Below are positions 1 to 9,518 of a DNA stretch of 64,000 bases, in pieces; position 1 is the stretch's first letter, and each line of letters begins with the position of its first letter. A program made the translations under genes and the position numbers. The notes under the pieces were generated by a model that did not search any database, was not told the DNA's origin, and worked only from the letters and a program-made list of their open reading frames with translations. The stretch spans positions 776,715-840,714 of the forward strand of contig CAWILO010000011.1 in assembly GCA_963836955.1 (NCBI GenBank). Direction: 5' to 3'. This DNA comes from an uncultured delta proteobacterium. Its GTDB lineage: Bacteria; Desulfobacterota; Binatia; Binatales; Binataceae.

Positions 1-7
1 CACGCTA

Positions 8-502
8 ATGACGCGGCTGCTGTACGAAGGATTCGCGGTCCACTGTGACGACATCGTCCTTTTGCGCCATGGTGACGTGCTTCCCTATCCCCGCCGATTC
101 TGGGTCCGGTCGCATGCGGTGCCATTGCTTCCGCAGATCGCGCCATTCGCTGCTCGGGCACCCGAAATGCGGGACCACTTCGTGCTGGATCCCACGGAGC
201 TCGGGTTTGAGTGGCAGATAGATGCCGCGCCTGCAGACACCGTCCTCTTTTTGGAGCCGAATCACGGTTCAACCACGCGGCTTGAGGCTTGCCCGAAGTA
301 CTTGATGGCCAAGCTCATCATGTCGCAATCTAATCTTCCTGCCGGCGGCGCATGCGACTGGGTGCGAGATGTGTGTGCGATGCTGGACCAAGCCGCGTCT
401 TATGTGCTACATAGCGGCAGTCTCGACACGGTTATCGAGGCCGTAAAGGAAGCGCTCGACCCAAGAATAGCGCAACCTGTAAGCGGGGAGGAGAGCCAAT
501 GA
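8..502 (+). CDS. hypothetical protein; the reading frame is open to the window start, so this may be the 3' part of a longer gene
   Basis: Track ORF of 164 aa with no in-frame stop upstream to position 2. Its stop overlaps the next start as ATGA at 499-502. I recognise no motif. Confidence 0.35.
   Translation: MTRLLYEGFAVHCDDIVLLRHGDVLPYPRRFWVRSHAVPLLPQIAPFAARAPEMRDHFVLDPTELGFEWQIDAAPADTVLFLEPNHGSTTRLEACPKYLMAKLIMSQSNLPAGGACDWVRDVCAMLDQAASYVLHSGSLDTVIEAVKEALDPRIAQPVSGEESQ
485..493 (+). promoter_or_regulatory. Shine-Dalgarno-like ggggaggag placed 6-14 nt before the ATG at 499
   Basis: Read directly: gcggggaggagagccaATGa. The upstream stop and downstream start overlap, consistent with translational coupling. 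Confidence 0.4.
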
Positions 503-834
503 GTGACGAAAAGCTTGATCGTGTGCTTCGAACCGTGGATCCGAGAAGGCGCTCTTTTCTCAAGAAGCTCGTTCTCGGCGCAGCTTTTTCCGTTCCGATC
601 ATAGCCTCATATTCCGTGAAGGACTTAGCGTATGCGCAGGTCGGGAGCCCACCGCCGACGACCACGAAGACGATCACGGTTACCACGAAGACCAGCACGG
701 TTACGACGAGCACGCCGGTTACGACGAGCACGCCGGTTACGACGAGCACACCGATTACGACGAGCAGCACGATTATGATCACGACGCCGCCGGCCACCCC
801 GATTACGACCTTCACGACTACGCCGCTGGGCTAG
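499..834 (+). CDS. small secreted protein with a Tat-type signal (RRSFLKKLVLGAA) and a Thr/Pro-rich repeat region
   Basis: N-terminus MSDEKLDRVLRTVDPRRRSFLKKLVLGAAFSVP resembles a twin-arginine signal. It is followed by the repeats TTSTPVTTSTPVTTSTPITT. Confidence 0.5.
   Translation: MSDEKLDRVLRTVDPRRRSFLKKLVLGAAFSVPIIASYSVKDLAYAQVGSPPPTTTKTITVTTKTSTVTTSTPVTTSTPVTTSTPITTSSTIMITTPPATPITTFTTTPLG
697..783. repeat. approximately 21-bp tandem repeat (acgacgagcacgccggttacg-like) in about 4 copies, encoding the TTSTPV repeats
   Basis: Seen directly in the sequence at 699-783. Coordinates are approximate. Confidence 0.5.
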
Positions 835-871
835 CCGCCTGATTTTTCCAAAGGCGCCGCGGGCTCGACGG

Positions 872-3800
872 TCAGGAAGATGTAACTGAAGTCGCATTCT
901 GCAACCGAGCGTCGTGTACGAATGGTGACAGCATCTCGCGAGCGAGCATCTTCGCGCCATGGCCCACGTCATAGACGTCGCTCTGGGCCGCCTTGAAAAG
1001 CGCAGGGAGCACGATGGGCCCGAGCCGAGCCACCGCTCCCCAGTTCTGTCCATCGATGTCGACATACGCCTGAAGCAAATCGCGGTAGTGTGAGCCGAGT
1101 TCGCGGCTGCAATCGACTCCTACCCGGAGCAGCGCCTGCGCCGCTTCGCGGGCGACGGCAGGCCACCGGTCCTGGAGAGCGGCAAGCAGTTCCGCCTTGG
1201 CATCAGAGGGAGCGATGCGCCCGAGGGCGGTAATCGCCCAGGTCCGGACCTCTGGATCAGGGCTGGCCAAAGCCCGGCGCAACGCCCCAGCGTCACGGGC
1301 ATCTCCGAAGCGACCGAGACCGGTCAGAGCCAGTTCGAGCAGCGATTTTCTCGGGCGGTGCGGTAGCGGCTGCGGGTCTCCTTCTCGCAAAAGTGCCGAC
1401 TCAAAGTGTGCAAAGCGGGCACCTGGAGAAAGAACGGGGACCAGCTTCTGTCTGCGTCCTCGAAAGCGAGGATGATACTCCGCTGAGAACGAACCCGCCG
1501 CCAAGAACATACGGAACGGCCGGCCTAGATTGTAGGCCAGGTGAGCCAGCCAGCCCTCGACTGTGACCACCAGATCGGCATACGTGGCGAAGTACTTGAA
1601 CACCCTCATCACTTGGTCGTTATAGGCGAGCGCGGACCGCTCGGAGAGCGCCGCCTTAGCTGCTTCGTCGGTCTCAGCAGGATCCGGCGCAATCCGAACG
1701 TCTGCACGGACGCTGGCTTCGAGCCGAGATAGAATAGTTTCTATTATGCGGCGACGGCCCCAAGGCTGGCCGTTAGGCAGAACGACGACCAAAAAGCCTT
1801 CGTCGACCAGCCCGGAGATCTCCGCCGCAAGGAGCGCGTCCTGCTCCAGGAAGCCCTTTGTGATGCCGCTGCCACCGAACGGATTCAGAATCGCAACCGC
1901 GTGCCTTCGGGAGCTTGGTTCCTGCGCGGTGAGCTCGGCCCAGAGTCGCTCTGCGTCGGCTGAGCGCGTCCCGGTCAGGACCGAGGGAGTAAGCGGAGTT
2001 TCTTCAGCCGCACGCTGCGGCAGGCCCAACTCGGCCAGCAGGCGCATCGTTGGCTCATACATGTTTCGAACCGTGCACTGGTCCAGCCCGCGAGATTGAG
2101 CGATGTCGATACCGCCGATCTTTACGGTTTGGTACAGGAAAGGTGAGCGGCTTCCGACATACCCCCCGCAGGCTCGGCCAAGGTCCCCCCTGATGACCAG
2201 GGCGGGCTGGTGCTCGGCGAGGTAGCGTTCGACGGCCGAGTGAACCTCGACCCGGAAGGTGAAACTTGGCCACTCGGGTTGGAAGAACTCGATCACGCCA
2301 TCGAGTCCTGCGAGCGCAGCCTGGATCGCCGCGTCGTCGCCAATCGGCACAGTCGTGATCCGGGGGTTGTCATAAAGATAGGTGCGCCAGGTGACGAGAG
2401 TGATCGAGAGCGCCGGGTTTACATCGAGCAATCCCTGAAGCAGTGGAGCTAGCCGCACCACGTCGTCTCCTTGTCCCATTCCGACGTTCAGAACCACGAA
2501 GAGTGCAATTGGGCGGTCTCTCAGGATCCCCGCGGCGGCCCCATGGAACGGGAAGCATCCCTCGAGTTCGAGCGAGAGCCACTCGCGTGCCTCCGCCGTG
2601 AGCGAGTGCTGAGCGGCCAACGAGTACAGCACGCAGCGATAGCGCGGCACATCCGAGAACGCACGTGCGATTTGCCGCAACCGCTCGGCGGTGAAAGCCT
2701 CAGGCGTGCTGAAGACGAAGCGCTCAACTCCTTGATCGAAAAGGTGCGGCCGGGAGCTGGCGAGTGCCGGCGACTCCGCCAGGGATATGATGCCATCCAG
2801 CCCGACAATGTCCTCGCGCCACTGAACGAACTCACTCACTAGAGGGAGCATAAGTTCGCGAGTGCCAGCGTCGAGGTGTTCGTCTCGAAGGATCTCGGAA
2901 ATGCGGGTCCAAGCGCGCGGCGCGATCGGGCTCGCTGCAAGAAACTCGAACAACTTCACAACTGCCCGGCCGATGGTCTCCGGGAGAGCGCTTCTTGTCA
3001 GGAGATGGGCAAGTCGCTCGACGAGCGACGGGTCGACCAAATCAGGCCGAGAGTAAAGGAGTGCGGCCAGCGTCGCCAGGGCGAGCTCGCAAAGGTCCTG
3101 ACTGTCCCTATCGAGTTGCAAAGCACCAGAAAGGTGCACGAGGCTCGCGGGGGCCAGCGATTCGGGGCAAGTCAGAGCCGTCCTGAGGACATCGGGGAGG
3201 GCGTGGCGCGCGGAAGAACGCTCTTGCTGTGAGGGGTGCGGGACCTCTCCAGGCCAACCGTGCAGATAAGGAGCCAGGAGCTGGCGGAGCACCGATTTGG
3301 CTTGCGACGCAAGAACGTAACTTTCGCTTTTTCCGGCGCGAAAAAGAGCCGGAAACGCGACGGGGCCCGCCTCGGCGACCGCGTGCCAGTTCTCGTGCAC
3401 GATATCTACCTGAATCTGAAGCAGGTCGCGATGTCGGGGCCCGAGTTCGAGGCCGCAGTCCACATTTCCCTCGAGCAGGGCCTCGGCTGCTGCTAGCACT
3501 ACAGTAGGGGCCCGATCCTCCAACGCCGCGAGAAGGTCCCTCTTTGCAGTGACCGGCGCGATCCTTCCGAGAGCGTCGACCGCCCATTTTCGTACGTCGC
3601 AATCCGGACTCGTCAGTGCTCGGCGAATCGCCGCGACGGTGTCGGCATCGGCGGGGCCGCGGAGTCCTGATAGGGCCAGCTCCAGTAAGGATTTCCTCGG
3701 GCCGTGTGGTAGTGGCGGGGAATCGGTGTCTCGCAGGAGCGCGCACTCCGCGTGAGAGATACGGCAGCGCTTCGAGAACGCGGTTACGAGCCGCTGTCCG

Positions 3801-5602
3801 CGCCCCCGTCCATACGGGAACCAGTCTGGTGTGAAGGATCCAGCCGCGAGGAATAGACGAAACGGGCGCCCGAGGTTGTAAGCGAGATGAGAAAGCCAAC
3901 CCTCCACGGTAACTACGAGGTCGGCGTAAGTAGTGAAGTACTTGAACAAGCGCATGATCCGGTCGGCGTACACGAGGTCGGGCCACTCGGCGAGGTCGAG
4001 CTGGGTCGCTCGATCGCTCTCTGCGGGATCGGGCGCCACCCGGACAGAGGCTAGGGTTTGCTGGTCGAGATGCGACAAGACGGCGAGAATGGTTTCGCGC
4101 CGGCCCCAAGGAGTGCCATTAGGCAGAATGACTACGAGATAGCCCTCGTCAACGAGGCCGCCGATATCAGCTGCGAGGACCCGGTCTTGGTGAAAGAAGC
4201 CCTTGGTGGGAGCGGCGCCACCGAATGGGTTCACTAAAACGGTTGCCCGGCGAGATGCAGAAAAATCTTGCTTCACGAGCTCGGCCCACGCGCGCTCGGC
4301 ATCGGCCGATCTCGCGCCGGTGAGAACCGACTGGGTGAGAGGCATCTCCTCGGCTACCCGCTGCGGCAAGCCAAGCTCGGCCATCAGCCGAAGACAGGGC
4401 TCGTAGATGCTGCTGAATGATCTCTGGTCCAGACCTAAGGAGTGTGCGACGTTACGGCCGCAGAGCTCTACTGTCTGGTAAAGAAACTCCGAGCGAATGC
4501 CGAGTTCCCCCTTTTGGGCTCGGCCGAGTTCTGCCAGAACCACGAAAGCCGGCCGACGCTCAACGATCAAGCGTTCGACGGCGGCGTGCAGCTTGAAGCG
4601 GTACGCGAAGTCGGGTCGGTCCGGTTGAAAGATCTCAATGACGCCTTCGTACGATTTCGCGAGTGCCGCTGCGACCGCGACATCGTCCTCAATCGATACC
4701 GTCTCCACGCGTGGGTTTTCGTAAAGATAGGTGCGCCGCGTAACCAGGGTGATGACGAGTGCGGGATTCGCATCGAGGAGCGCTTGCAGTAATGGCGCGA
4801 GTCGTACGATCTCGTCCCCCTGACCGAGAGCAATGTTCATAACGACGAGAAGCCGAACCGGACGATCCACGAGAACTGCCTCTGCAGTATCGCGAAGCGG
4901 GAAGCGCCCGGCGAGTCGATGCGTCAGCAGAGTCTCGACGTCCGCGGGGAGCGATCGGCGCGCCGCCAGGAAGTGAAGGACGTAGCGATAGCGCGGGGCA
5001 TGCTCGAAGAGCGTGGCGACACGGTCCAGCCGCTCGGCCGTAAAAGCCTCGGGCGTGGAAAAGACGAAAGGCTCGACACCGTGATCCAGGAGGAAGGCGC
5101 GGTGAACTGGAAGCGCTACGGACTCCGCGAGTTCGAGGACTCCATCCAGCCCCACGAGATCCTCGCGCCGCCGGACGAAATCACTTACAAGGGGAAGCAG
5201 TAGCTCTCGCGTTCTCGCCCCGAGGCGCTCGTCTAGCAGGATTCTGCGCAGCCGAGTCCAGGCCTGAGAGGCGGACGGGCTCGTGGTGAGGAATTCGAAC
5301 AGCCGCACCACGTTCGAGCTGATATCAGCCGGAAGCGACTCTGCGGAAGCGAGCTCGGCGAGTCGGTCGACAAGCTTAGATTCGACGAGGTCGGGACGAG
5401 AATAGAGGATCGCGGCGAGCGCTGAGAGCGCGAGTCTGGATAGCGCACAGTTTTCCTCGTCGAGCCTCAGCGCATCGATGACCGCAACAATTTTCGCTGG
5501 ATCGAGCGAAGATGGAGAGGTTAGTGCCAACAGCACGACCGCCTCAACAGCATCGCGCTGGTTGAGTGTCGCGCCAGAAAGCATCAGATTCTCATCGGTC
5601 AT
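872..5602 (-). CDS. 1576-aa protein made of two tandem ~788-aa modules. Each module is an N-terminal helical region, a glycosyltransferase family 9 (heptosyltransferase-like) domain and HEAT/PBS-lyase-type repeats
   Basis: The two halves align at roughly 55% identity. For example, RPVRLLVVMNIALGQGDEIVRLAPLLQALLDANPALVITLVTRRTYLYENPRV aligns with RPIALFVVLNVGMGQGDDVVRLAPLLQGLLDVNPALSITLVTWRTYLYDNPRI, and VLVNPFGGAAPTKGF aligns with AILNPFGGSGITKGF. The LGDG-like and NPFGG motifs match GT9 as recalled from memory. DVRKWAVDALGRIAP / EVRTWAITALGRIAP are HEAT-like. Confidence 0.6.
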   Translation of the reverse strand: MTDENLMLSGATLNQRDAVEAVVLLALTSPSSLDPAKIVAVIDALRLDEENCALSRLALSALAAILYSRPDLVESKLVDRLAELASAESLPADISSNVVRLFEFLTTSPSASQAWTRLRRILLDERLGARTRELLLPLVSDFVRRREDLVGLDGVLELAESVALPVHRAFLLDHGVEPFVFSTPEAFTAERLDRVATLFEHAPRYRYVLHFLAARRSLPADVETLLTHRLAGRFPLRDTAEAVLVDRPVRLLVVMNIALGQGDEIVRLAPLLQALLDANPALVITLVTRRTYLYENPRVETVSIEDDVAVAAALAKSYEGVIEIFQPDRPDFAYRFKLHAAVERLIVERRPAFVVLAELGRAQKGELGIRSEFLYQTVELCGRNVAHSLGLDQRSFSSIYEPCLRLMAELGLPQRVAEEMPLTQSVLTGARSADAERAWAELVKQDFSASRRATVLVNPFGGAAPTKGFFHQDRVLAADIGGLVDEGYLVVILPNGTPWGRRETILAVLSHLDQQTLASVRVAPDPAESDRATQLDLAEWPDLVYADRIMRLFKYFTTYADLVVTVEGWLSHLAYNLGRPFRLFLAAGSFTPDWFPYGRGRGQRLVTAFSKRCRISHAECALLRDTDSPPLPHGPRKSLLELALSGLRGPADADTVAAIRRALTSPDCDVRKWAVDALGRIAPVTAKRDLLAALEDRAPTVVLAAAEALLEGNVDCGLELGPRHRDLLQIQVDIVHENWHAVAEAGPVAFPALFRAGKSESYVLASQAKSVLRQLLAPYLHGWPGEVPHPSQQERSSARHALPDVLRTALTCPESLAPASLVHLSGALQLDRDSQDLCELALATLAALLYSRPDLVDPSLVERLAHLLTRSALPETIGRAVVKLFEFLAASPIAPRAWTRISEILRDEHLDAGTRELMLPLVSEFVQWREDIVGLDGIISLAESPALASSRPHLFDQGVERFVFSTPEAFTAERLRQIARAFSDVPRYRCVLYSLAAQHSLTAEAREWLSLELEGCFPFHGAAAGILRDRPIALFVVLNVGMGQGDDVVRLAPLLQGLLDVNPALSITLVTWRTYLYDNPRITTVPIGDDAAIQAALAGLDGVIEFFQPEWPSFTFRVEVHSAVERYLAEHQPALVIRGDLGRACGGYVGSRSPFLYQTVKIGGIDIAQSRGLDQCTVRNMYEPTMRLLAELGLPQRAAEETPLTPSVLTGTRSADAERLWAELTAQEPSSRRHAVAILNPFGGSGITKGFLEQDALLAAEISGLVDEGFLVVVLPNGQPWGRRRIIETILSRLEASVRADVRIAPDPAETDEAAKAALSERSALAYNDQVMRVFKYFATYADLVVTVEGWLAHLAYNLGRPFRMFLAAGSFSAEYHPRFRGRRQKLVPVLSPGARFAHFESALLREGDPQPLPHRPRKSLLELALTGLGRFGDARDAGALRRALASPDPEVRTWAITALGRIAPSDAKAELLAALQDRWPAVAREAAQALLRVGVDCSRELGSHYRDLLQAYVDIDGQNWGAVARLGPIVLPALFKAAQSDVYDVGHGAKMLAREMLSPFVHDARLQNATSVTSS

Positions 5603-5695
5603 TTGTCGCCCGTTGCCGCATGCAGTGTGATCCGGCGAGAATGCCTTTTAGCGCGACTGAGGCAGATATGAAATACTAATGACGGGGATTCACGA

Positions 5696-6127
5696 ATGAA
5701 GACGGATGGTGCGCGGACCGCAAAGTCAGTAACCATTGATGTCGCACCGGCGGATCTGCTCGACAGAATCACCGTGCTCGAGATTAAGAGCGAGCGGCTC
5801 ACCGCCGAACTGCCGTTGCGAAACGTGCGAACGGAGCTCGCATTGTTACGGGCCGCGCGCGATCGCTGGATACCTCCCGCGCCTGAGCTCGACCAACCGA
5901 CCGCTGAGCTCCGCCAAGTCAACGAGACTCTATGGGACTTGGAAGAAGCTGTTCGTCGCTGCGAAGCTGCCAACGACTTCGGCGAACAGTTCATTCAATC
6001 CGCGCGTTCGATAATACGCACGAATGACCGCAGGGCGGCGCTTAAGCGGGCGATCAACCGGACGCTCGGCGCGAGCTTTCAAGAAGAGAAGAGTTTTGCC
6101 CTGCCCGACCCCTCGGGGTCCGGCTAG
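5696..6127 (+). CDS. hypothetical protein (143 aa)
   Basis: Clean ORF between the GT9-like and GT25-like genes. No motif recognised. Confidence 0.4.
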   Translation: MKTDGARTAKSVTIDVAPADLLDRITVLEIKSERLTAELPLRNVRTELALLRAARDRWIPPAPELDQPTAELRQVNETLWDLEEAVRRCEAANDFGEQFIQSARSIIRTNDRRAALKRAINRTLGASFQEEKSFALPDPSGSG

Positions 6128-6139
6128 ACGTCCGGTTCG

Positions 6140-6927
6140 GTGAAGACTGGCGACCCCTTCGAATTCTTCAAAGCGATCTACTGCATTAATCTGGACAGCC
6201 GCCCTGACCGCTGGCAGGGGGCAACGCGCGAGTTCGCCGCTCTCGGGATCGCCGACCGGGTAGAGCGTGTGGCCGGCATCACGCACGTGGATCCCCACGA
6301 GGGTTGTCGGCTCAGCCACCTCGAGTGCGTGAGGCGCGCGGCCGCAGCCGGGGCTGAAACCGCACTTATCTTCGAGGACGACGTTACGTTGCCGGGGTTC
6401 TCGCGCGAGCTGCTGGCGAGGTCCTGGATCGGCTCCGCATGGTGCCCGATTGGGAGCTTTTCTTCCTTGGTGGCGTGGTCCTAGGCCGTCCTGCAGAACG
6501 ATGTGAGAATCTGTTCCGAGCACCCATCGCGCAGACTCACGCGTACGGGATTCATCGGCGGGCGTTCGCCGCGGTCGAGCGCTCCTATGCCCCAATCGAC
6601 CTTTTCTATGCGAATAACCTCAAATCGTACTGCGCGTATCCGATGCTCGCCTGGCAGCGCGACGGTTTTAGTAACATAGAGGGCGTCTCAACGTCGAGGG
6701 CGTATGAATCGAACCGGGCATACTTTCTTCTGAACTCGGCACCGCAGCACGAGGATGTCTTACGCGAGTTTCTTCTACGGCGATTCAGGGGACGCCTGAT
6801 CCGCCTCCGAATCCAACGACGTCTCGGTCAGAGCCTACGCCGTCTCGCTTCGCTCTTAGGTTTCATGCGGGGTCGCTCGCAAGTCAACCGCCCGATCACC
6901 AAGGACGAGGTCGTGCGAAAAATCTAG
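6140..6927 (+). pseudogene. glycosyltransferase family 25 (LPS/LOS glycosyltransferase-like), split by a frameshift near 6415-6430
   Basis: ORF 6140..6484 (YCINLDSRPDRW...IFEDDVTLPGF) continues in the other frame as ...VLDRLRMVPDWELFFLGGVVLG...AYGIHRRAF (ORF 6439..6927). The two pieces together cover a GT25-like domain. Confidence 0.55.
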
Positions 6928-7023
6928 ATGGTCGGAGGATGCGCGAGGCAGGCGAAACGTGGCTGCGCGCGATGCGTCGCAGGCGCGCGTGGAACCTCGC
7001 GCCTCTGACTCGGGCGTTCGGCC

Positions 7024-8172
7024 TCAGTAAGCGACGAATCCGCCGTTCTCGATCAGCTTCACGGGCACGCCCTCGACGTCTTTCGGCACTGCGGCTTTCG
7101 CCTGCGGGGTCATCTTCTTGACGTAAACTTCGATCGCGGGCTGACCGGGCTGGTCGCTGATCCCGATTGCGGTACCGACCGCGCCCGGGATCTTCATGAG
7201 CTCATCCTCGTGCCGGTCGCGAACCGCGGTGGCCGAATCGACGAGGTCCTTCGACATGCCAATATCCCCGGCTTGGACGTCGGCCGCCGCGGGCTCCAAG
7301 GCCACCGGCGCCGCACAAGTGCCCGTCATCGACACGCCAAGCGCGCTCAGCACATCGGAGATCGGATTCGCGATCGTCATCGATCCGTCAGCGGACCCTG
7401 CGAACAACAGCGCGACCGCCTGAGGGCAACTGTCCTGCGTTACGATCAGTGATCCAGAATCGCCGCCGCTGCTAAAACTCGAGTTGTTAATCACAACCTC
7501 GTTGATGAACTTCGCGTTTTCCCCACCGCCATAGCTTATCTTGAAATTGCCAGAAACCGACGAGATCGTGCCGAAGGTGAGGCAGGTCGTTCGGCCCATC
7601 TTTTGGACCGCCAGCCCGATCGAGGGCGTAGCCACAGTGCTATTGATCGGCCCGATATTCTGGATTTCGGGGTTCACCATTCCCGGATTCACGGCGGCGA
7701 TGGCAGCATCGATGGTGTTCTTGCCGCCTCCGAACTTGATCTTGACGGTGCGGGTGAACGTTGCAACCGCATCAGCCGGCGTCTTCGTGCAGGGTACTGC
7801 TGTGTCCACGAGTCCGGGTTGCACGATGAGCTCGCCAGACTTGGCCAGGTTTATGTCCGCAAGAACATGATTGTTGCTGAGGATGAATTTGTTGTTGATC
7901 TGGTCCTGTACCATCGACCCCAGCGTCCCGCTGAAGCACTGGCGACCATGGTGGAGGAACGCGTTGATATTTCCGCCTGACACGCCGAGGTCAAATGGGC
8001 GAGGCAACGTCGATTGTTGATTGCAGACGATGGTGATCGCGCCAGCCGGCATCGACGCGGCCCCGATCGTCAGCATGCAAATCGCCAACGCGGCCGCCGT
8101 AGTTTGATATTTCGTAGTGGGCTCCCCTCTCGGAAATCGAAATCTCAGGTTCATTAAATTATTTATATGCAT
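7024..8172 (-). CDS. secreted trypsin-like (S1 family) serine peptidase
   Basis: Signal-like TAAALAICMLTIGAASMPAGA. The serine motif is SGGDSGSLIV (GDSG) and a His region is NNHVLAD. The true start is probably the internal Met (MNL...) near 8154, because the called N-terminus lies in an AT-rich stretch. Confidence 0.5.
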   Translation of the reverse strand: MHINNLMNLRFRFPRGEPTTKYQTTAAALAICMLTIGAASMPAGAITIVCNQQSTLPRPFDLGVSGGNINAFLHHGRQCFSGTLGSMVQDQINNKFILSNNHVLADINLAKSGELIVQPGLVDTAVPCTKTPADAVATFTRTVKIKFGGGKNTIDAAIAAVNPGMVNPEIQNIGPINSTVATPSIGLAVQKMGRTTCLTFGTISSVSGNFKISYGGGENAKFINEVVINNSSFSSGGDSGSLIVTQDSCPQAVALLFAGSADGSMTIANPISDVLSALGVSMTGTCAAPVALEPAAADVQAGDIGMSKDLVDSATAVRDRHEDELMKIPGAVGTAIGISDQPGQPAIEVYVKKMTPQAKAAVPKDVEGVPVKLIENGGFVAY

Positions 8173-8357
8173 TTACAACAGAGAGTAATATCCTACACGA
8201 ACATCATTAGTTGTAGTGTTAATAAGCTGTCTGTTTGATATTATTTATAATATCTTGTAGACACCTTTGTGTGCGTTTGGGCGCCGCAGGAAAGATGCCT
8301 ACTAAACTCGGATCGCAAACCCGATTATCGGCGGTTTGCTAGCGAGGCTCGGCCCGA

Positions 8358-9119
8358 ATGTTCGGAGAGTTTCGGTATTTGTTGAGGTTCCGTATGAGCG
8401 AACCGGCAACCGCTCCAGGTGAGGCCAAACCGGCATGGCCATCGCTGCAACCGCTCGCGAAGATATTGCTCTGGGCGGCCGCAGCTCTGCTCCTGGCGCC
8501 AATGGTTTTTATCGTTGTCTTTCGGTTCGTAGCACCCCCCGTGACGCCACTGATGCTAAATCAGATCCTTCCAGGGCTATCGCATCCAACACCAATGGGT
8601 CTCTCTCAGCGCGATCGCGCCAGCGATGCGTCGAGCCGTCGTCGTTGCAGAGGACCCTCAATTCTGTGGCGAATTTATTGGGATCGATTTTCAGTCAATC
8701 GATCGCGAGATCCACGTATGGACCTCCGGCGGACGGCCCTCGGGGGCAAGCACGATCACCATGCAGACCGCTCGTAACCTATTCGAATGCCCAGGCCGCA
8801 GCTTCATTCGCAAACTTCACGAGCTCTGGATCACGCCGCAGCTTGCATTGCTCTGCCCAGGCGGCGCGTGCTCGAGGTGTATCTCAATGTCGTGGAATTC
8901 GGGCCTGGGTTGTTCGGTGTGCAAGCTGCTTCGCGTTACTACTTCGGCGAGGACGCATCGCAACTGAATGTGAAAAAGGCGACTCGGTTGGCCGCGGTGT
9001 TGCCGAACCCGCTTCACTGGTCTCCCAACAACCTCCGTCGGAAGGAACTCAGACAAACATGGGTGAATTCGATTCCGGTATTTTATGGAGACCAGGACTT
9101 GGAATGTGCAGATAGGTAA
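8358..9119 (+). pseudogene. mtgA: monofunctional biosynthetic peptidoglycan transglycosylase (MtgA) interrupted by two compensating frameshifts near 8560-8580 and 8830-8850
   Basis: Three track ORFs (8358.., 8626.., 8787..) tile one MtgA-like protein. The pieces read ILLWAAAALLLAPMVFIVVFRFVAPPVTPLML, then QWVSLSAIAPAMRRAVVVAEDPQF...GASTITMQTARNLFE, then RRVLEVYLNVVEFGPGLFGVQAASRYYFGEDASQL...AAVLPNP. Frames 1 and 3 are the same frame. Confidence 0.6.
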
Positions 9120-9518
9120 TCGTGGAAACTCCGCCAACAGTTGCTGATGGCCATGACGACACCGTCGATCTACTGCAATTATTTCAGCCGAGGACATACA
9201 TTTACTATCGACCGCCGTACTGTTTGAACTCGATACCTCGGAATAACGCAATTCAGTGTCGATTCCGTAATGTCAGCTATCCAAAAGACGTGACTGGCGA
9301 TGCGGATGCAGCGTGATGGAGTTCTCAAGCGCGAGGAATTTATCGAATCGCCGGTGTATTTCTACCAGTCGCGGCGCTCCTGGACTTATCGATTGCTGTT
9401 GGATTGGTCGGAACCGCTGCGACACGGCACTCTGGCCAAGAATTGTGAGTCGTTTAAGTTTCAATGGCGTCATGCGGGCCGGTTCTCGGCTTGACGGGCG
9501 TCCGAGAGCAGAAGTTGA

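Noticed and set aside
3108-4109. 333-aa minus-strand ORF and many other 60-120 aa ORFs overlapping the 1576-aa GT9-like gene on both strands
   Set aside because: Arg/Pro/Ala-rich translations with no motifs lie entirely inside a well-supported long gene. These are typical high-GC shadow ORFs.
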